Origin: an uncultured Acidobacteriota bacterium
GTDB lineage: Bacteria; Acidobacteriota; Vicinamibacteria; Vicinamibacterales; UBA823
Reading direction: 5' to 3'
DNA length: 64,000 bases
Assembly: GCA_913052135.1 (NCBI GenBank)
Contig: CAJXDY010000003.1
Location: forward strand, 19,004 to 83,003
The notes under the pieces were generated by a model, which saw only the letters and a list, made by a program, of their open reading frames with translations, was not told where the DNA came from and searched no databases. Position 1 is the stretch's first letter; every line of letters starts with the position of its first letter. This document shows positions 63,894 to 64,000 of this stretch, piece by piece. Position numbers and translations under genes: made by a program.

Positions 63894-64000
63894 TAGTGCA
63901 GAAATGACACGCCACTCCAGAGATCGGCGCTGTTGCTGCGTGTACGTTCCCGTCTACTGATTTACATACCCGCTGGATAATGGTGTGTTGTTAATAGGGA

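Noticed and set aside
1-64000. CRISPR arrays, insertion sequences, integrases, prophage or defence-system genes (restriction-modification, toxin-antitoxin, CBASS, retron-like).
   Set aside because: I found no direct-repeat/spacer periodicity, no transposase, recombinase or reverse-transcriptase motifs, and no terminal inverted repeats flanking any block. The only repeats are the short in-gene tandem duplications listed above.

Overview
This is a 64-kb bacterial chromosomal segment. I found no rRNA, tRNA, CRISPR array, transposase, integrase or phage genes by eye. Gene content suggests an Acidobacteriota-like organism (TIGR03436-type VWFA protein, planctomycete-type cytochrome c module, many Tat-exported enzymes), but that is inference only.

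Bases 1-38.7 kb are tightly packed housekeeping genes:
- The alpha-operon end of the ribosomal cluster: map-rpmJ-rpsM-rpsK-rpsD-rpoA-rplQ, with no infA.
- A convergent EF-G2-type paralog, pyruvoyl arginine decarboxylase, a VKOR-DsbA fusion, aroB, archaeal-type proS, tatA/tatC, an S41 protease, smc and an M48 protease.
- A complete rimP-nusA-infB-DUF503-rbfA-nrnA-truB-rpsO-pnp block.
- A rimO-asnS-amgK-murU-CYTH block, a MidA-type methyltransferase, HtrA and an M24 peptidase.

Bases 38.9-64 kb look accessory and encode mostly exported enzymes:
- A VWFA protein and a DmpA/S58 peptidase.
- A Tat-signal SelA/DgaE-like PLP enzyme.
- An S9 peptidase, a Tat-lipoprotein D-amino-acid-oxidase homolog, an MFS transporter and an NMT1/THI5-like protein.
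- A KamA-type radical SAM aminomutase.
- A TldD/PmbA pair and a Tat-signal DsrE-like protein.
- A cytochrome c fused to a PHM/DBM-type copper monooxygenase core.

The three most interesting observations:
1. The heme-c/copper-monooxygenase fusion at 60306-61664. All six PHM copper ligands appear in the canonical order with similar spacing, and the gene has its own near-consensus promoter.
2. The DAAO homolog at 50875-52128. Its DAO signature motif lies N-terminal to the Rossmann GxGxxG, which looks like a circular permutation.
3. The TldD/PmbA pair, in which only TldD carries a twin-arginine signal. This suggests hitchhiker export of the complex.

All functional calls rest on motif recognition from the translated ORFs. 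No database search was run.
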